From positions 12,461-76,460 of the forward strand of contig JAHIRB010000021.1 in the NCBI GenBank assembly GCA_018818885.1: a stretch of DNA of 64,000 nt, written 5' to 3'. Source of the stretch: Patescibacteria group bacterium. GTDB taxonomy: Bacteria > Patescibacteriota > Patescibacteriia > Buchananbacterales > SURF-54. This document shows positions 1 through 9,106 of the stretch, one piece after another; the first letter of the stretch is position 1; each line of letters starts with the position of its first letter. The notes beneath the pieces are model-generated. The model was not told the DNA's origin. It did not search any database and worked only from the letters and a program-made list of their open reading frames with translations. The translations under genes and the position numbers were made by a program.

Positions 1-598
1 ACTTACAGTTCCCGCCACAGCCGTCTGAAGTTTTGATCTGGAGGGTGGGCCGCACGAGTGGCGGACCAGAGTGAGGATGTCCAATCTCCTGATATGTTTC
101 CTCGTATTTTGGCCACCAAATATCACGGTCAGGCAAAATATCGAGGTCGCAGTCATCACTACTCAGTAGCCCAATATTCAAAGGCTTTCCGATTCCCACC
201 GTATAGCAAATTTGCGTTGTTGCCAGTTCTGGTGGCAGGAATTCTCTTGGAATGGTTGCCACGCCAGGGCCACCGAGAAGAATTGTGGGGTTTGTTTTCT
301 GGCGCAGAGCGTTTACTAACTGCACCGCAATCCCAATCTCGGTTGACACACCGATGTGAACACCGATTACATCGGCTTGACGTTCAATGATGGTTTCGGT
401 CAGTTGAGGAATTGGCAAACCGTATGTCCACCATTTTCCCCCATCGGTCCAGCCTGCGCCTTGCTCGATACGGCCATCAAGATATTCAACATCGGCGGTA
501 AGATATTTCGCCAGATAAGCGGCCCATAGTGGTGGTTGTACACGTACTACTTTAAGTGGACAGACAGTTGGTATATCAACCAATAACATCGATTTCAT
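1..598 (-). CDS. B12-binding-domain radical SAM protein, N-terminal part (gene runs off the window start)
   Basis: Minus-strand frame starting at the ATG at ~598 and open to position 1. The translation begins MKSMLLVDIPT... and contains ...DVIGVHIGVSTEIGIAVQLVNALRQKTNPTILLGGPGVATIP..., a cobalamin-binding Rossmann-like segment. It is followed by ...SDGCGGNCK, consistent with the start of a CxxxCxxC radical SAM motif. GC is ~50%, far above the genome background. Missing from the ORF track because it is partial. A strong SD (GGAAGGAGAGGA) lies 5 nt upstream. The ATG overlaps the TGA of the upstream small gene (ATGA). Confidence 0.6.
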   Translation of the reverse strand, partial: MKSMLLVDIPTVCPLKVVRVQPPLWAAYLAKYLTADVEYLDGRIEQGAGWTDGGKWWTYGLPIPQLTETIIERQADVIGVHIGVSTEIGIAVQLVNALRQKTNPTILLGGPGVATIPREFLPPELATTQICYTVGIGKPLNIGLLSSDDCDLDILPDRDIWWPKYEETYQEIGHPHSGPPLVRPTLQIKTSDGCGGNCK

Positions 599-777
599 AA
601 TCCTCTCCTTCCATTTTTCTTCTCGCATTCTTTGTATATCCCTTCCCTTTGTTCGCGCTTGGATCTATTTCGTCTTACAAGCGCATGTGGAAGAGTGACA
701 ACTATAAGAAAGTAAAAAGTACCAATAATCAACAACACCCCAATTAGTCCTATCCATTCCATTACTGAATTAGACAT
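595..777 (-). CDS. small single-pass membrane protein (60 aa) with charged Cys-containing tail, translationally coupled to the rSAM gene
   Basis: ORF with a perfect SD (AAGGAGAGG) 4 nt upstream of the ATG. One hydrophobic helix (IGLIGVLLIIGTFYFLIVVTL) then a K/R/E-rich tail ...GIYKECEKKNGRRGL. The stop overlaps the rSAM start codon. Confidence 0.55.
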   Translation of the reverse strand: MSNSVMEWIGLIGVLLIIGTFYFLIVVTLPHALVRRNRSKREQREGIYKECEKKNGRRGL

Positions 778-876
778 TGTACCTCTCCTTTTTTGGTTGT
801 TTTTTCATTTTCAAAGACCAAACGCTTCTCGTAATTGAGAAGCGCTTAGGATTGAAAACTAAATTGTTGTTTGAAT

Positions 877-1614
877 TTATGCTGCGAGAGGCCAGATGAG
901 TTCAAACATTGAACGTGCCATCTGAGCAATTGGCTTGCTGTCAATAATTAAACCCATAAGTTCTTTTTCTGAACTTATAATACCTATGGTATCTCCATAG
1001 ATGAGCATGGAGGCATCAAATTTAAATTGTTCAGGTAAAAATCGAGTTGTTCGTAAATTCTTATCATCGTTTTCCCTAAAGTTTTTCATTTCTGGTGTTT
1101 CTAGTGCAGCTATACGTATAGTTTTGCCTGCTGCTAAACGAGCTGGAATATACACTTCATTATCATAGTCATATGTAATGACTTCTTCTAGATTAGCGAG
1201 GTTTCCAATAAATAATATTTCCTTATCTGAACGCTTTACTGAATCATCACATATGTTTATGTAACCCTGCCTTCCTTCGTAATACTGTATACGCGGTTTT
1301 GTTTCTGAAAGATTAAACATTGACTTCAGCACAGGCATGGATTTTTTTAGACTTTCCAATTTTTCCTCTGAAAGGCGTAATAGTTTTTCTGGTTCTTGTG
1401 CAATATATTGCTGTTTACCTTTTACCACGGTTTTATTAACAATTCCTTTCTGTATCATTGTTTCAAGGATAATATAGCAAGACGTTCTTTTAACATCAGC
1501 TTTTTGAGAAACCTTGGCAATATTTGTTACACCCAACTCAATTAAAGCTAAATATATCTTTGATTCGTTTTCACTTAATCCTAAAGCTTGTATTGTTTGG
1601 CTTAAATTAGACAT
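877..1614 (-). CDS. TrmB-family transcriptional regulator (sugar-responsive HTH)
   Basis: N-terminal LGLSENESKIYLALIELGVTNIAKVSQKADVKRTSCYIILETMIQKGIV is a typical TrmB wHTH; 245 aa. Confidence 0.7.
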   Translation of the reverse strand: MSNLSQTIQALGLSENESKIYLALIELGVTNIAKVSQKADVKRTSCYIILETMIQKGIVNKTVVKGKQQYIAQEPEKLLRLSEEKLESLKKSMPVLKSMFNLSETKPRIQYYEGRQGYINICDDSVKRSDKEILFIGNLANLEEVITYDYDNEVYIPARLAAGKTIRIAALETPEMKNFRENDDKNLRTTRFLPEQFKFDASMLIYGDTIGIISSEKELMGLIIDSKPIAQMARSMFELIWPLAA

Positions 1615-1834
1615 ATGTTTATAATTTATTTGTCTACGTATTAGACAACATTAGTTATATATCCATTTTAAACCATATTTATTTATTTGTCAAGGGTCAA
1701 GATTTACTTTAAATTTAAATAATTTATTCTCTAACATCCTATTCTAGCATAATAAACATATTTTGTCAAGAGATTAGACAAAAATAAAAAAAGCATACAT
1801 TGTATGACTAGATCTTTGATAATTTTATTTGTGA

Positions 1835-2323
1835 TTATCTAAACTTGTCTATCTGAAATAATGCAACACCCGTTGCTACAGAAACGTTAAGTGACTCCTT
1901 CGTCCCCTGCATAGAAATTTCAATAATTTCATCAGCTTGATTTAATATATTCTTCTTTATCCCTTCCACTTCATGCCCAACTATCAATGCTAAAGGAAAT
2001 TTTGGTTTAAATTTTAAAATTGACTTACTCTTTTTGCTGGTTTCTAACGCCACTACATTAACTCCATCTCTCTTTAACTTCTTAACTAAAGCCAATGTCT
2101 GCTGACATTTTTCCCATTCTACCGACTCCTCTGCTCCCAGCGCAGTTTTGCTGATCTGATTTCTCGGTGGTGTGCCAGTATAACCGCATAAATAAATCTT
2201 TTCGACCTTAAAAGCATCGCAGGTTCTAAAAAGTGAGCCGACATTGTACAAACTCCTAATATTTTGTGCTATTAGATATATTTCTTTTTTACGCTTGGCA
2301 GTTGACATATTTAGTATTATCAT
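1835..2323 (-). CDS. SpoU/TrmH-family RNA 2'-O-methyltransferase
   Basis: Motifs NVGSLFRTCDAF, LIVGHEVEGI and SLNVSVATGVALF are characteristic of the SPOUT methylase fold. Confidence 0.8.
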   Translation of the reverse strand: MIILNMSTAKRKKEIYLIAQNIRSLYNVGSLFRTCDAFKVEKIYLCGYTGTPPRNQISKTALGAEESVEWEKCQQTLALVKKLKRDGVNVVALETSKKSKSILKFKPKFPLALIVGHEVEGIKKNILNQADEIIEISMQGTKESLNVSVATGVALFQIDKFR

Positions 2324-2360
2324 TATAATAGTATAGTATTTATTGCAAATTGTTAACTAC

Positions 2361-2444
2361 GCCCAGGTGGTGGAATTGGTATACACGCAAGACTTAAAAT
2401 CTTGTGGTCTTACGACCTTGCGAGTTCGAGTCTCGCCCTGGGCA
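2361..2444 (+). tRNA. tRNA-Leu (anticodon TAA)
   Basis: Manual cloverleaf: acceptor GCCCAGG/CCTGGGC, anticodon stem CAAGA/TCTTG with loop CTTAAAA (anticodon UAA), long variable arm GGTC-TTAC-GACC, T-arm GCGAG-TTCGAGT-CTCGC, discriminator A. No CCA is encoded. Confidence 0.85.
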
Positions 2445-2625
2445 TTAATAATAACAATACTAAATATATAAGGGTTCGACTATGCCCGCCGAAGTCCAAC
2501 AGGACGTAGGCGGGGTCCCGCCCCGGGCACTTATAAATTATAAAAAAATATTAAAATTGACTGGTCCTGAGCGACTCAAAGTTAACCTAAGTTAAGTCGA
2601 AGGGCCTTGGGCACCAATAAAATTT

Positions 2626-2892
2626 ATGGATTACTATCTTATAATTTATTTTCTTGCAGGCGTTCTGCAGGATTTTTTATTGACATTAAACTGGCGATTT
2701 ATTGCTAAAGATAAAACCTGGCCAGCAGCTGCTTTTTCTTTTTTGACAACTGTCGTTTCTCTGCTTGTGCTATATAATATTTTAACGAAACTAGATAGCC
2801 AAAGAAGTATTATAGCGATATTATTCTACGCTCTAGGTATTGCAACAGGAACTGTGCTTGCGATGAAAACAAAAATTGGCTTTAAAAAATAG
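2626..2892 (+). CDS. hypothetical small membrane protein (88 aa, 3 predicted TM helices)
   Basis: ORF with hydrophobic segments; no recognisable family. Confidence 0.45.
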   Translation: MDYYLIIYFLAGVLQDFLLTLNWRFIAKDKTWPAAAFSFLTTVVSLLVLYNILTKLDSQRSIIAILFYALGIATGTVLAMKTKIGFKK

Positions 2893-3018
2893 TGTCCTAT
2901 CAAAAAAGTAAGGCTAAACCTTCTTTTTTTATTTGCCTTGACTTTTACATATATATTAATTAAGATACAGGTCGGATAAGTTTCGATGGCTTTTACTATA
3001 TACGAAGGAGGTGTGCAA

Positions 3019-3705
3019 ATGAGATACTCGTTTTCTGCAATTGTAATGGTGATAATGTTCTTTGCTTTTTCAATCGCGTTAACTCTATGCGGTTGCGCGC
3101 AAACTCAAGATTTCAAACCCCCACCCACACACACAATCGACAAACCCGACCCTAACGAAACAACAATACCCGTTAACGCTCTACTGAAAAAGCTGGAAGT
3201 GATGGCCTACACCGGAGCCCGCATTATCAACATTGAGGTCTACTGTGAAGGTTCCAACTTGTGGTGTTTTACAGACGACGGCATCAATCTCGATCCTGGG
3301 CAAACTCATACGTTTGAACTTTCCCCACAAGGCAAGTTTGTCACAAAGATTGTGCTTCGGTCTCGCGGAATGCTTGTGTTCACAGGTATTCCAAGCTACA
3401 ACATCCCTCTCGAAAAAATCCGAGCACGTCTTGAGGCTCAAACCCACTTCATCGTTATACCGCATGGTATGCACATTAAGCAACTGTCGCTGGAGGTCGT
3501 TGGCAAACAAGACGTTAAAATTCTTTATCTGCAAATAAACGGACAAGGTGTTGTCGGCGTACCGCCCAAAATAAAAAGTGGTAACTCTCATACCATAAGA
3601 ACTGACGCACATGTCAAAACAACCAGCATCAAAATAGTCATTCAATCAACTAAAGGAACTTCTTATCTACAAGTATGGGCAAGACCTATGCGACTCTACC
3701 GCTGA
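3019..3705 (+). CDS. putative lipoprotein (signal peptide plus LTLCG lipobox), GC-rich gene
   Basis: Strong SD GAAGGAGGTG sits 6 nt before the ATG at 3019 (the ORF-track start at 2986 is upstream of the SD). MRYSFSAIVMVIMFFAFSIALTLCGC gives a lipobox. GC is ~47% against ~30% background. No family recognised. Confidence 0.55.
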   Translation: MRYSFSAIVMVIMFFAFSIALTLCGCAQTQDFKPPPTHTIDKPDPNETTIPVNALLKKLEVMAYTGARIINIEVYCEGSNLWCFTDDGINLDPGQTHTFELSPQGKFVTKIVLRSRGMLVFTGIPSYNIPLEKIRARLEAQTHFIVIPHGMHIKQLSLEVVGKQDVKILYLQINGQGVVGVPPKIKSGNSHTIRTDAHVKTTSIKIVIQSTKGTSYLQVWARPMRLYR

Positions 3706-3812
3706 TGCCAAAGCAATCAAAAAAGGGACGAAGCTACCAAGTCTTCGCCCTTTTCTCTTTATCAAAATTTTGCTAAAATTAAATAAAGGCGAAAAAAAAG
3801 GAGGGGTTTTTT

Positions 3813-4016
3813 ATGAAAAAAATTTTTTTGTTTTGTGCAACAATAATTCTTTTTTTGTTGATCACCACAAAAAGCATTGGATTCGCATCACAAAAAAATA
3901 ATCTGCCACAAACGTCCTGGCACCACACTGAAAATTTACAAATCTCGCCTGAAACATTCGATACCATGGAGAAGGGACACGGCTATATGTACGTAGAAGC
4001 CAAGCTCGATTTTTAA
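3813..4016 (+). CDS. small secreted protein (67 aa) with signal peptide
   Basis: SD AAAGGAGGGG at ~3797-3806; MKKIFLFCATIILFLLITTKSIGFA signal peptide. Confidence 0.5.
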   Translation: MKKIFLFCATIILFLLITTKSIGFASQKNNLPQTSWHHTENLQISPETFDTMEKGHGYMYVEAKLDF

Positions 4017-4020
4017 AAAT

Positions 4021-4088
4021 CCAAGGCACGCTCTCCACTCTTCCAAAAAACGAGGTGAGGATCATGCGCGCCTTGTTTTTTTTGTATT
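4021..4088 (+). terminator. possible rho-independent terminator (imperfect long hairpin plus T8)
   Basis: caaggcacgc ... gcgcgccttg followed by ttttttttg. Confidence 0.35.
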
Positions 4089-4110
4089 TTAAAAGTAAAA
4101 TTTATACACT

Positions 4111-5397
4111 ATGGGACATCAAACATCAAAATCTTATATAAACTTACAAAACCGGCTGGATAAATCTCCGCAAGGTGCACCTGCAACCGACACTTTATTT
4201 AAAATATTAGAAGTGTTGTTTTCTTCTGAAGAAGCTGAGCTTGTCTCTAAACTTCCAATTAATATGTTTTCTGTAGGAAAAGCTGCTAAGATTTGGAATA
4301 AATCAAATGATGAATCAAGAAAAATTCTTGATGGTTTAGCAGATAAAGGAATAATGGTTGATATCGCATATAAAGATACAAAAAAATATTTCCTGGCTCC
4401 GACAATGGCAGGTTTTTTTGAATTTTCAATCATGCGAACTGATGGCAAGTTTGATAGAAAACTACTGTCTGAACTTTTTCATCAATATATAAATGTAGAA
4501 GATAAATTCTTAAAAAGGATATTTAATTTAGAACCACCGGTTACCAGAACATTTGTGCACGAAGATATGCTCGAAGCAGAGCAAGAATTAACAATTTTAG
4601 ACTACGAACGAGCAACAAAGGTAATTGACAGTGCTAGCTGTATAACAGTGGGTACTTGTTATTGCCGACACAAAATGGAACATTTGGGCAAAGCTTGCAA
4701 CATGCCCCAAGATGTCTGCTTAACCTTTAATAACTGCGCTAAAAGTTTGTCTGACCACGGTATTGCTAAAAAAATTGGTAAAACGCAAGCTCACAAAATA
4801 TTAAAAAAATGTATTGATCTTGGTTTAACGCAAGTTGGCGACAACGTACAAGAAAGTGTAAGCTTTATCTGCAACTGCTGCGGCTGCTGCTGCGAAGCGT
4901 TACTTGGTTATAAAAGACTTGGGTATATGCCCAAAATAAATACTAATTATGCACCAAAAATTAGTAATTGCAATGGATGTGGTCTATGTGTTATTAAATG
5001 TCCTGTCGACGCTATAAAAATGACTGACAAAAAAGCAATTGTCGATATAGAAAAATGTATTGGTTGTGGTGTGTGTAAAAGATTTTGTAATTTTGATGCT
5101 ATAAAAATGTATCGACGAAAAAAAACCAAATTTGTGCCAAAAGATAGTTTAGAAAGATTTGTGATGGAGGCTATAGATTCTGGTAGACTGCAAAATCTTA
5201 TTTTTGATAATTACAATTTATGGACATATGATATACTAAGAAATTTTTTTGGAATTATTCTTAATCTTAAACCTGCCAAAAAAATACTTGCCAATCAACA
5301 ACTTCAATCAAGATATATAAATGGAATCACAAAATTATACTACAAATTTAATAAAAAAGTTGAAAAAGTTGATTACTCTCATCCTGAGATGAAATAG
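4111..5397 (+). CDS. 4Fe-4S dicluster ferredoxin-domain protein with additional Cys-rich motif (CNCCGCCC)
   Basis: Two canonical CxxCxxCxxxCP motifs (CNGCGLCVIKCP, CIGCGVCKRFC) plus FICNCCGCCCE; 428 aa; N-terminal region unassigned. Confidence 0.7.
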   Translation: MGHQTSKSYINLQNRLDKSPQGAPATDTLFKILEVLFSSEEAELVSKLPINMFSVGKAAKIWNKSNDESRKILDGLADKGIMVDIAYKDTKKYFLAPTMAGFFEFSIMRTDGKFDRKLLSELFHQYINVEDKFLKRIFNLEPPVTRTFVHEDMLEAEQELTILDYERATKVIDSASCITVGTCYCRHKMEHLGKACNMPQDVCLTFNNCAKSLSDHGIAKKIGKTQAHKILKKCIDLGLTQVGDNVQESVSFICNCCGCCCEALLGYKRLGYMPKINTNYAPKISNCNGCGLCVIKCPVDAIKMTDKKAIVDIEKCIGCGVCKRFCNFDAIKMYRRKKTKFVPKDSLERFVMEAIDSGRLQNLIFDNYNLWTYDILRNFFGIILNLKPAKKILANQQLQSRYINGITKLYYKFNKKVEKVDYSHPEMK

Positions 5398-5410
5398 ATC
5401 GTTACTTCTA

Positions 5411-5445
5411 CAAGCTGTAGCGAGGAGCGGCTTGTTTTTTTTGTT
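5411..5445 (+). terminator. rho-independent terminator after the Fe-S gene
   Basis: caagctgtagcgaggagcggcttg followed by tttttttt. Confidence 0.45.
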
Positions 5446-5467
5446 TTAGAAAGGTAAAATTATTACA

Positions 5468-7825
5468 ATGTTAAATATATTCAAGACAGAAGAAAATCGT
5501 TTACCCCTAGGGATTTTTTTTATTTCCTTGAGTGTTTTATATTTTGAACTAACTCTAATTAGATTATTTTCGATTATTTTTCAGTCCAACTTATCATTTT
5601 TGGGTATTTCAATCGCTCTTTTTGGTCTTGCTGTTGGTGGGATTGTTGTTTATTTTTTACCGTCTCACTTCGAAGAAAAAGATTTTAATATAAAATTAAT
5701 ATTTCTTTGTCTTAGTTATTCATTATCATTAGCCATTATTGCCATTGTGCTGTTGCTGCCAATTAGAATTTCTAATCTGCCCATAGTATTAACCTTTTGT
5801 ACATTCATTTTTACTTCAATACCTTTTATTATTGCTAACGTATGTTTGTCATATATTTTTAAAATTAAAACAAAAATCATCAATAAGCTTTATTTTTACG
5901 ATCTAGTTGGGGCTGCTATAGGTGTCGTATTAGCAATAATATTAATGACATCTCTTTCGATTTTTAACGTAATAATAGTTGCGATTATAACAGGGTTTAT
6001 AGCAACAATTATTTTTAGTAATAAAAACAAACCAATTACTTATTCAATATTTATAATAATATTTATTTTAGTAATTTTAGTTTGCCAAAATCAAAAATAC
6101 AACTTTATCAAAATAGATATAATTTATAGTAAATTGAATGCAACAAAAGAAATTATTTTCGAAAAATCAAATTCTTTTTCTCATATCAGTGTTAGTATTG
6201 AAGATAATCAGGATGGCGTAGTTCTTGAATCGTTATCGCCTTCAATAAGCCGGGAAGATATGCCAGATATTTTAGGAACAAGAATCGATGTTAATGCCTA
6301 CACCCCAATTTATGGTTTTGATGGAGATTTAGATAAGGTTAATTTTTTAAATTCAGATTTATCAAGTATCGCTTATCAAATTTCTCCTCCCAGTCAAGTT
6401 TTAATTATTGGACCAGGGGGTGGAAGAAATGTTTTAATGGCGTTACTTTCTAAGCATAAAGTTACTGGTGTTGATATTAATCCAATAATTATCAACGACA
6501 TGATGAAAAATGAGTTTAAAGATTTCTCAGGTCAGCTATATTTAAACCCCAATGTTGAAATAATAGTTGCCGAAGGGAGAAGCTATATTAATAAAGAAAC
6601 AAAAAAATATCAAGTCATAGATTTACCCTTGGTAGATACTTGGGCATCGACATCCGCAGGTAATTTAGCACTTGTTGAAAGCTATCTATATACAGTGGAA
6701 GCTTTCGAACAATATTTGCACCATTTAAAAAAAGACGGCCTTCTTACCATAACACGATGGAACACAGACGGTATGAGAATAGTTACCTTGTTTTTGGAAG
6801 CTAGCAAAATACTTGGGATAAGTAAACCTGAAAATAATATTGCAATTATCCAAATTCAAGGTCGTACAGGTAAATACCTAAATAATTACATTGTAAAGAC
6901 TACTCCGTTTACAGAAAATGAAATTCTTAATATGAAAAATGTTGTCAAAACAAATGATTTTAAAATAATATATTTACCATACGAAAAACATCAAAACGAC
7001 TATAACGATTTGCTTACATCAAAAGATCAACAATTATTTATTGATAGCTACCATAAAGATATAAAAATTATTGATGATAATCGACCTTTTTTCTTTTCTG
7101 CGTCTATTACTAAAAAATCATTTACAAAAAATATTTGGAGGTCTAATGGTGGAATAGTATCGACTTTCTATATCGTTTTATTATTTACTTTACTATGCTT
7201 ACTTATCCCGTTGATATACACAAAATCATTATTAAAAAAAATTAATAAAAACCAAAGAAGCTTTATATTATATCTTGGATATTTTAGCTGCTTAGGATTA
7301 GCATTTATCTTTATCGAGATGTCTCTACTTCAAAAATTCATTCTTTACCTAGAGCAACCAATTTATTCTTATTCTGTTATTTTGGCTGGATTATTATTTT
7401 TTGCTGGTATTGGAAGCTATATCAGTAATAATTTTAATTGTTCAAATAAAAAAACTTTCTTTTTTATTGTGCTTAGTATTTTTGTTTTGATATCGGTTCT
7501 CTTTCTCTTACTACCAGTATTGATCAACGCAACCTTAAGTCTACCTATATATAATAAAATATTTATTTCTATATTATGTATTGCACCATTATCTATGTTG
7601 ATGGGCATGATGATGCCGATGGGTTTGAAAAGAATAAACCACTATGAATTAAATATTATCATACCGTGGTGTTGGGCTGTTAACGGAGCTTTATCAGTAT
7701 TGGCTACAGTAACTGCTATAATATTAGCTATTAACTATGGCTTCAATATTGTCTTATCACTTGGTGGAATTTTTTACATAGTATCATTCTTATTTATATT
7801 AAGTCTAAAAGAAAAATCCATATAA
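5468..7825 (+). CDS. membrane-embedded spermidine-synthase-like (aminopropyltransferase fold) protein, polytopic N- and C-terminal TM domains
   Basis: The central region ...VLIIGPGGGRNVLMALL...VTGVDINP...VEIIVAEGRSY...VIDLPLVDTWAS... matches the SpeE/class-I MTase-like fold. It is flanked by ~8 N-terminal and ~6 C-terminal hydrophobic helices; 785 aa. Confidence 0.65.
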   Translation: MLNIFKTEENRLPLGIFFISLSVLYFELTLIRLFSIIFQSNLSFLGISIALFGLAVGGIVVYFLPSHFEEKDFNIKLIFLCLSYSLSLAIIAIVLLLPIRISNLPIVLTFCTFIFTSIPFIIANVCLSYIFKIKTKIINKLYFYDLVGAAIGVVLAIILMTSLSIFNVIIVAIITGFIATIIFSNKNKPITYSIFIIIFILVILVCQNQKYNFIKIDIIYSKLNATKEIIFEKSNSFSHISVSIEDNQDGVVLESLSPSISREDMPDILGTRIDVNAYTPIYGFDGDLDKVNFLNSDLSSIAYQISPPSQVLIIGPGGGRNVLMALLSKHKVTGVDINPIIINDMMKNEFKDFSGQLYLNPNVEIIVAEGRSYINKETKKYQVIDLPLVDTWASTSAGNLALVESYLYTVEAFEQYLHHLKKDGLLTITRWNTDGMRIVTLFLEASKILGISKPENNIAIIQIQGRTGKYLNNYIVKTTPFTENEILNMKNVVKTNDFKIIYLPYEKHQNDYNDLLTSKDQQLFIDSYHKDIKIIDDNRPFFFSASITKKSFTKNIWRSNGGIVSTFYIVLLFTLLCLLIPLIYTKSLLKKINKNQRSFILYLGYFSCLGLAFIFIEMSLLQKFILYLEQPIYSYSVILAGLLFFAGIGSYISNNFNCSNKKTFFFIVLSIFVLISVLFLLLPVLINATLSLPIYNKIFISILCIAPLSMLMGMMMPMGLKRINHYELNIIIPWCWAVNGALSVLATVTAIILAINYGFNIVLSLGGIFYIVSFLFILSLKEKSI

Positions 7826-7970
7826 CTTTTGTTAAAAAATATGAGGTTCTATTGCCTTGTTTTTTTTGTCCTAGAAGAGTAAAATAACAATACTATGCCC
7901 GATAGAGATCCAGTAAAATTAAAAATTCCACCGGATAAATGGCTCAGCTTTCAAAATAATATATAATAAA

Positions 7971-8006
7971 TAATTCTAATCCCATTTACGGGACTACTAC
8001 CGGACT
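7971..8006 (+). promoter_or_regulatory. conserved leader motif (a.tcc.at.tacgggactactac.gg) immediately 5' of the ruvB start; second copy at ~30813-30848
   Basis: 28-nt near-identical element ending 3-4 nt before the ATG of two unrelated genes; see findings. Confidence 0.35.
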
Positions 8007-9047
8007 ATGACCACAAAAAAAGACAAAGAAAGAGTGGTAAATCCAAAATCTCAAAAATCAGATAAAGTTTTAGATACTACTCTTCGACCAAAATCTTTAA
8101 CTGAATTTATTGGGCAAGAAAAGATTAAACAAAATCTTGATATTTTTATTTCTGCCGCACAAAAAAGAGGCGAACCCATTGAACATGTTTTGCTTTACGG
8201 CCCACCAGGACTTGGTAAAACAACACTAGCACATATTATCTCCAAAGAAATGAATTCTAATATACGAGTTACTTCTGGCCCATCACTTGAGCATAGCGGT
8301 GACTTAGCCGCCATTTTAACTAACTTAGAAGATGGCGATATTTTGTTTATTGATGAAATCCACCGCCTCAATAAAGTGGTTGAAGAAATTTTGTATCCTG
8401 CTATGGAAGAATATGCGTTAGACATTATTATTGGCAAGGGCCCAAGCGCAAGAACTTTGCGGCTTGACCTTCCACACTTTACGTTGATTGGCGCAACTAC
8501 AAAAATAAGTTTGCTTTCTTCACCTCTACGTGACAGGTTTGGTTCCGTCTACCATTTAAATTTTTATCAAGATGACGAAATAAAATTAATTGTTGACCGC
8601 TCAGCAAATTTGTTAAGTTTAATAGTTGATGATTTGTCATCAGCCGAAATTGCTAAGCGCGCACGTAAAACTCCACGTGTGGCAAACCGCTTATTAAAAA
8701 GAGTTAGAGATTACGCCCAAGTTAAAGCTGATGGAAATGTTACAGAAGATGTTGTCCAAAAAGCCATGGAGATGTTAGAGGTAGACCAGTACGGATTAGA
8801 TAAAATCGATAGAGATATTCTAAAAATTATTATCGAAAAATTTAATGGTGGTCCGGTTGGGCTTGGCACAATTTCTGCAGCGACCGGGGAAGAAACCGCA
8901 ACTGTAGAAGAAGTTTACGAACCATTTTTAATACAAGTTGGATTACTCCATAGAACCTCTCAAGGCAGAGTTGCTACCGAAAACGCCTACAAACATCTAG
9001 GAATAGATTTACCAAATAGTCAAAGTTCACCCCCAACCCTTTTTTAA
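8007..9047 (+). CDS. ruvB: Holliday junction branch migration ATPase RuvB
   Basis: [17 protein letters not shown] Walker A, sensor motifs, and the C-terminal winged helix typical of RuvB; 346 aa. Confidence 0.95.
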   Translation: MTTKKDKERVVNPKSQKSDKVLDTTLRPKSLTEFIGQEKIKQNLDIFISAAQKRGEPIEHVLLYGPPGLGKTTLAHIISKEMNSNIRVTSGPSLEHSGDLAAILTNLEDGDILFIDEIHRLNKVVEEILYPAMEEYALDIIIGKGPSARTLRLDLPHFTLIGATTKISLLSSPLRDRFGSVYHLNFYQDDEIKLIVDRSANLLSLIVDDLSSAEIAKRARKTPRVANRLLKRVRDYAQVKADGNVTEDVVQKAMEMLEVDQYGLDKIDRDILKIIIEKFNGGPVGLGTISAATGEETATVEEVYEPFLIQVGLLHRTSQGRVATENAYKHLGIDLPNSQSSPPTLF

Positions 9048-9106
9048 AAGAATGCTACTGACACACTCTATAGACAAAAAGGTGGAGGGTAAGTTATTAT
9101 AAAAGT

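Noticed and set aside
58-390. 110-aa plus-strand ORF in the ORF track
   Set aside because: It lies antisense within the much better supported minus-strand radical SAM frame (1-598). It starts with GTG and has an R/H-rich low-complexity translation typical of antisense frames in GC-rich DNA.
3181-3645. Minus-strand 154-aa ORF and plus-strand 101-aa ORF (3233-3538) overlapping the lipoprotein gene
   Set aside because: Both are fully contained in the 3019-3705 frame, which has a perfect SD and signal peptide/lipobox. They are alternative frames of a GC-rich gene.
4134-5129. Minus-strand ORFs 4134-4448 and 4947-5129 inside the Fe-S gene
   Set aside because: Antisense frames inside a well-supported Cys-motif-rich CDS.
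7417-8437. Small minus-strand ORFs 7417-7608 and 8195-8437
   Set aside because: Embedded antisense in the spermidine-synthase-like gene and in ruvB.
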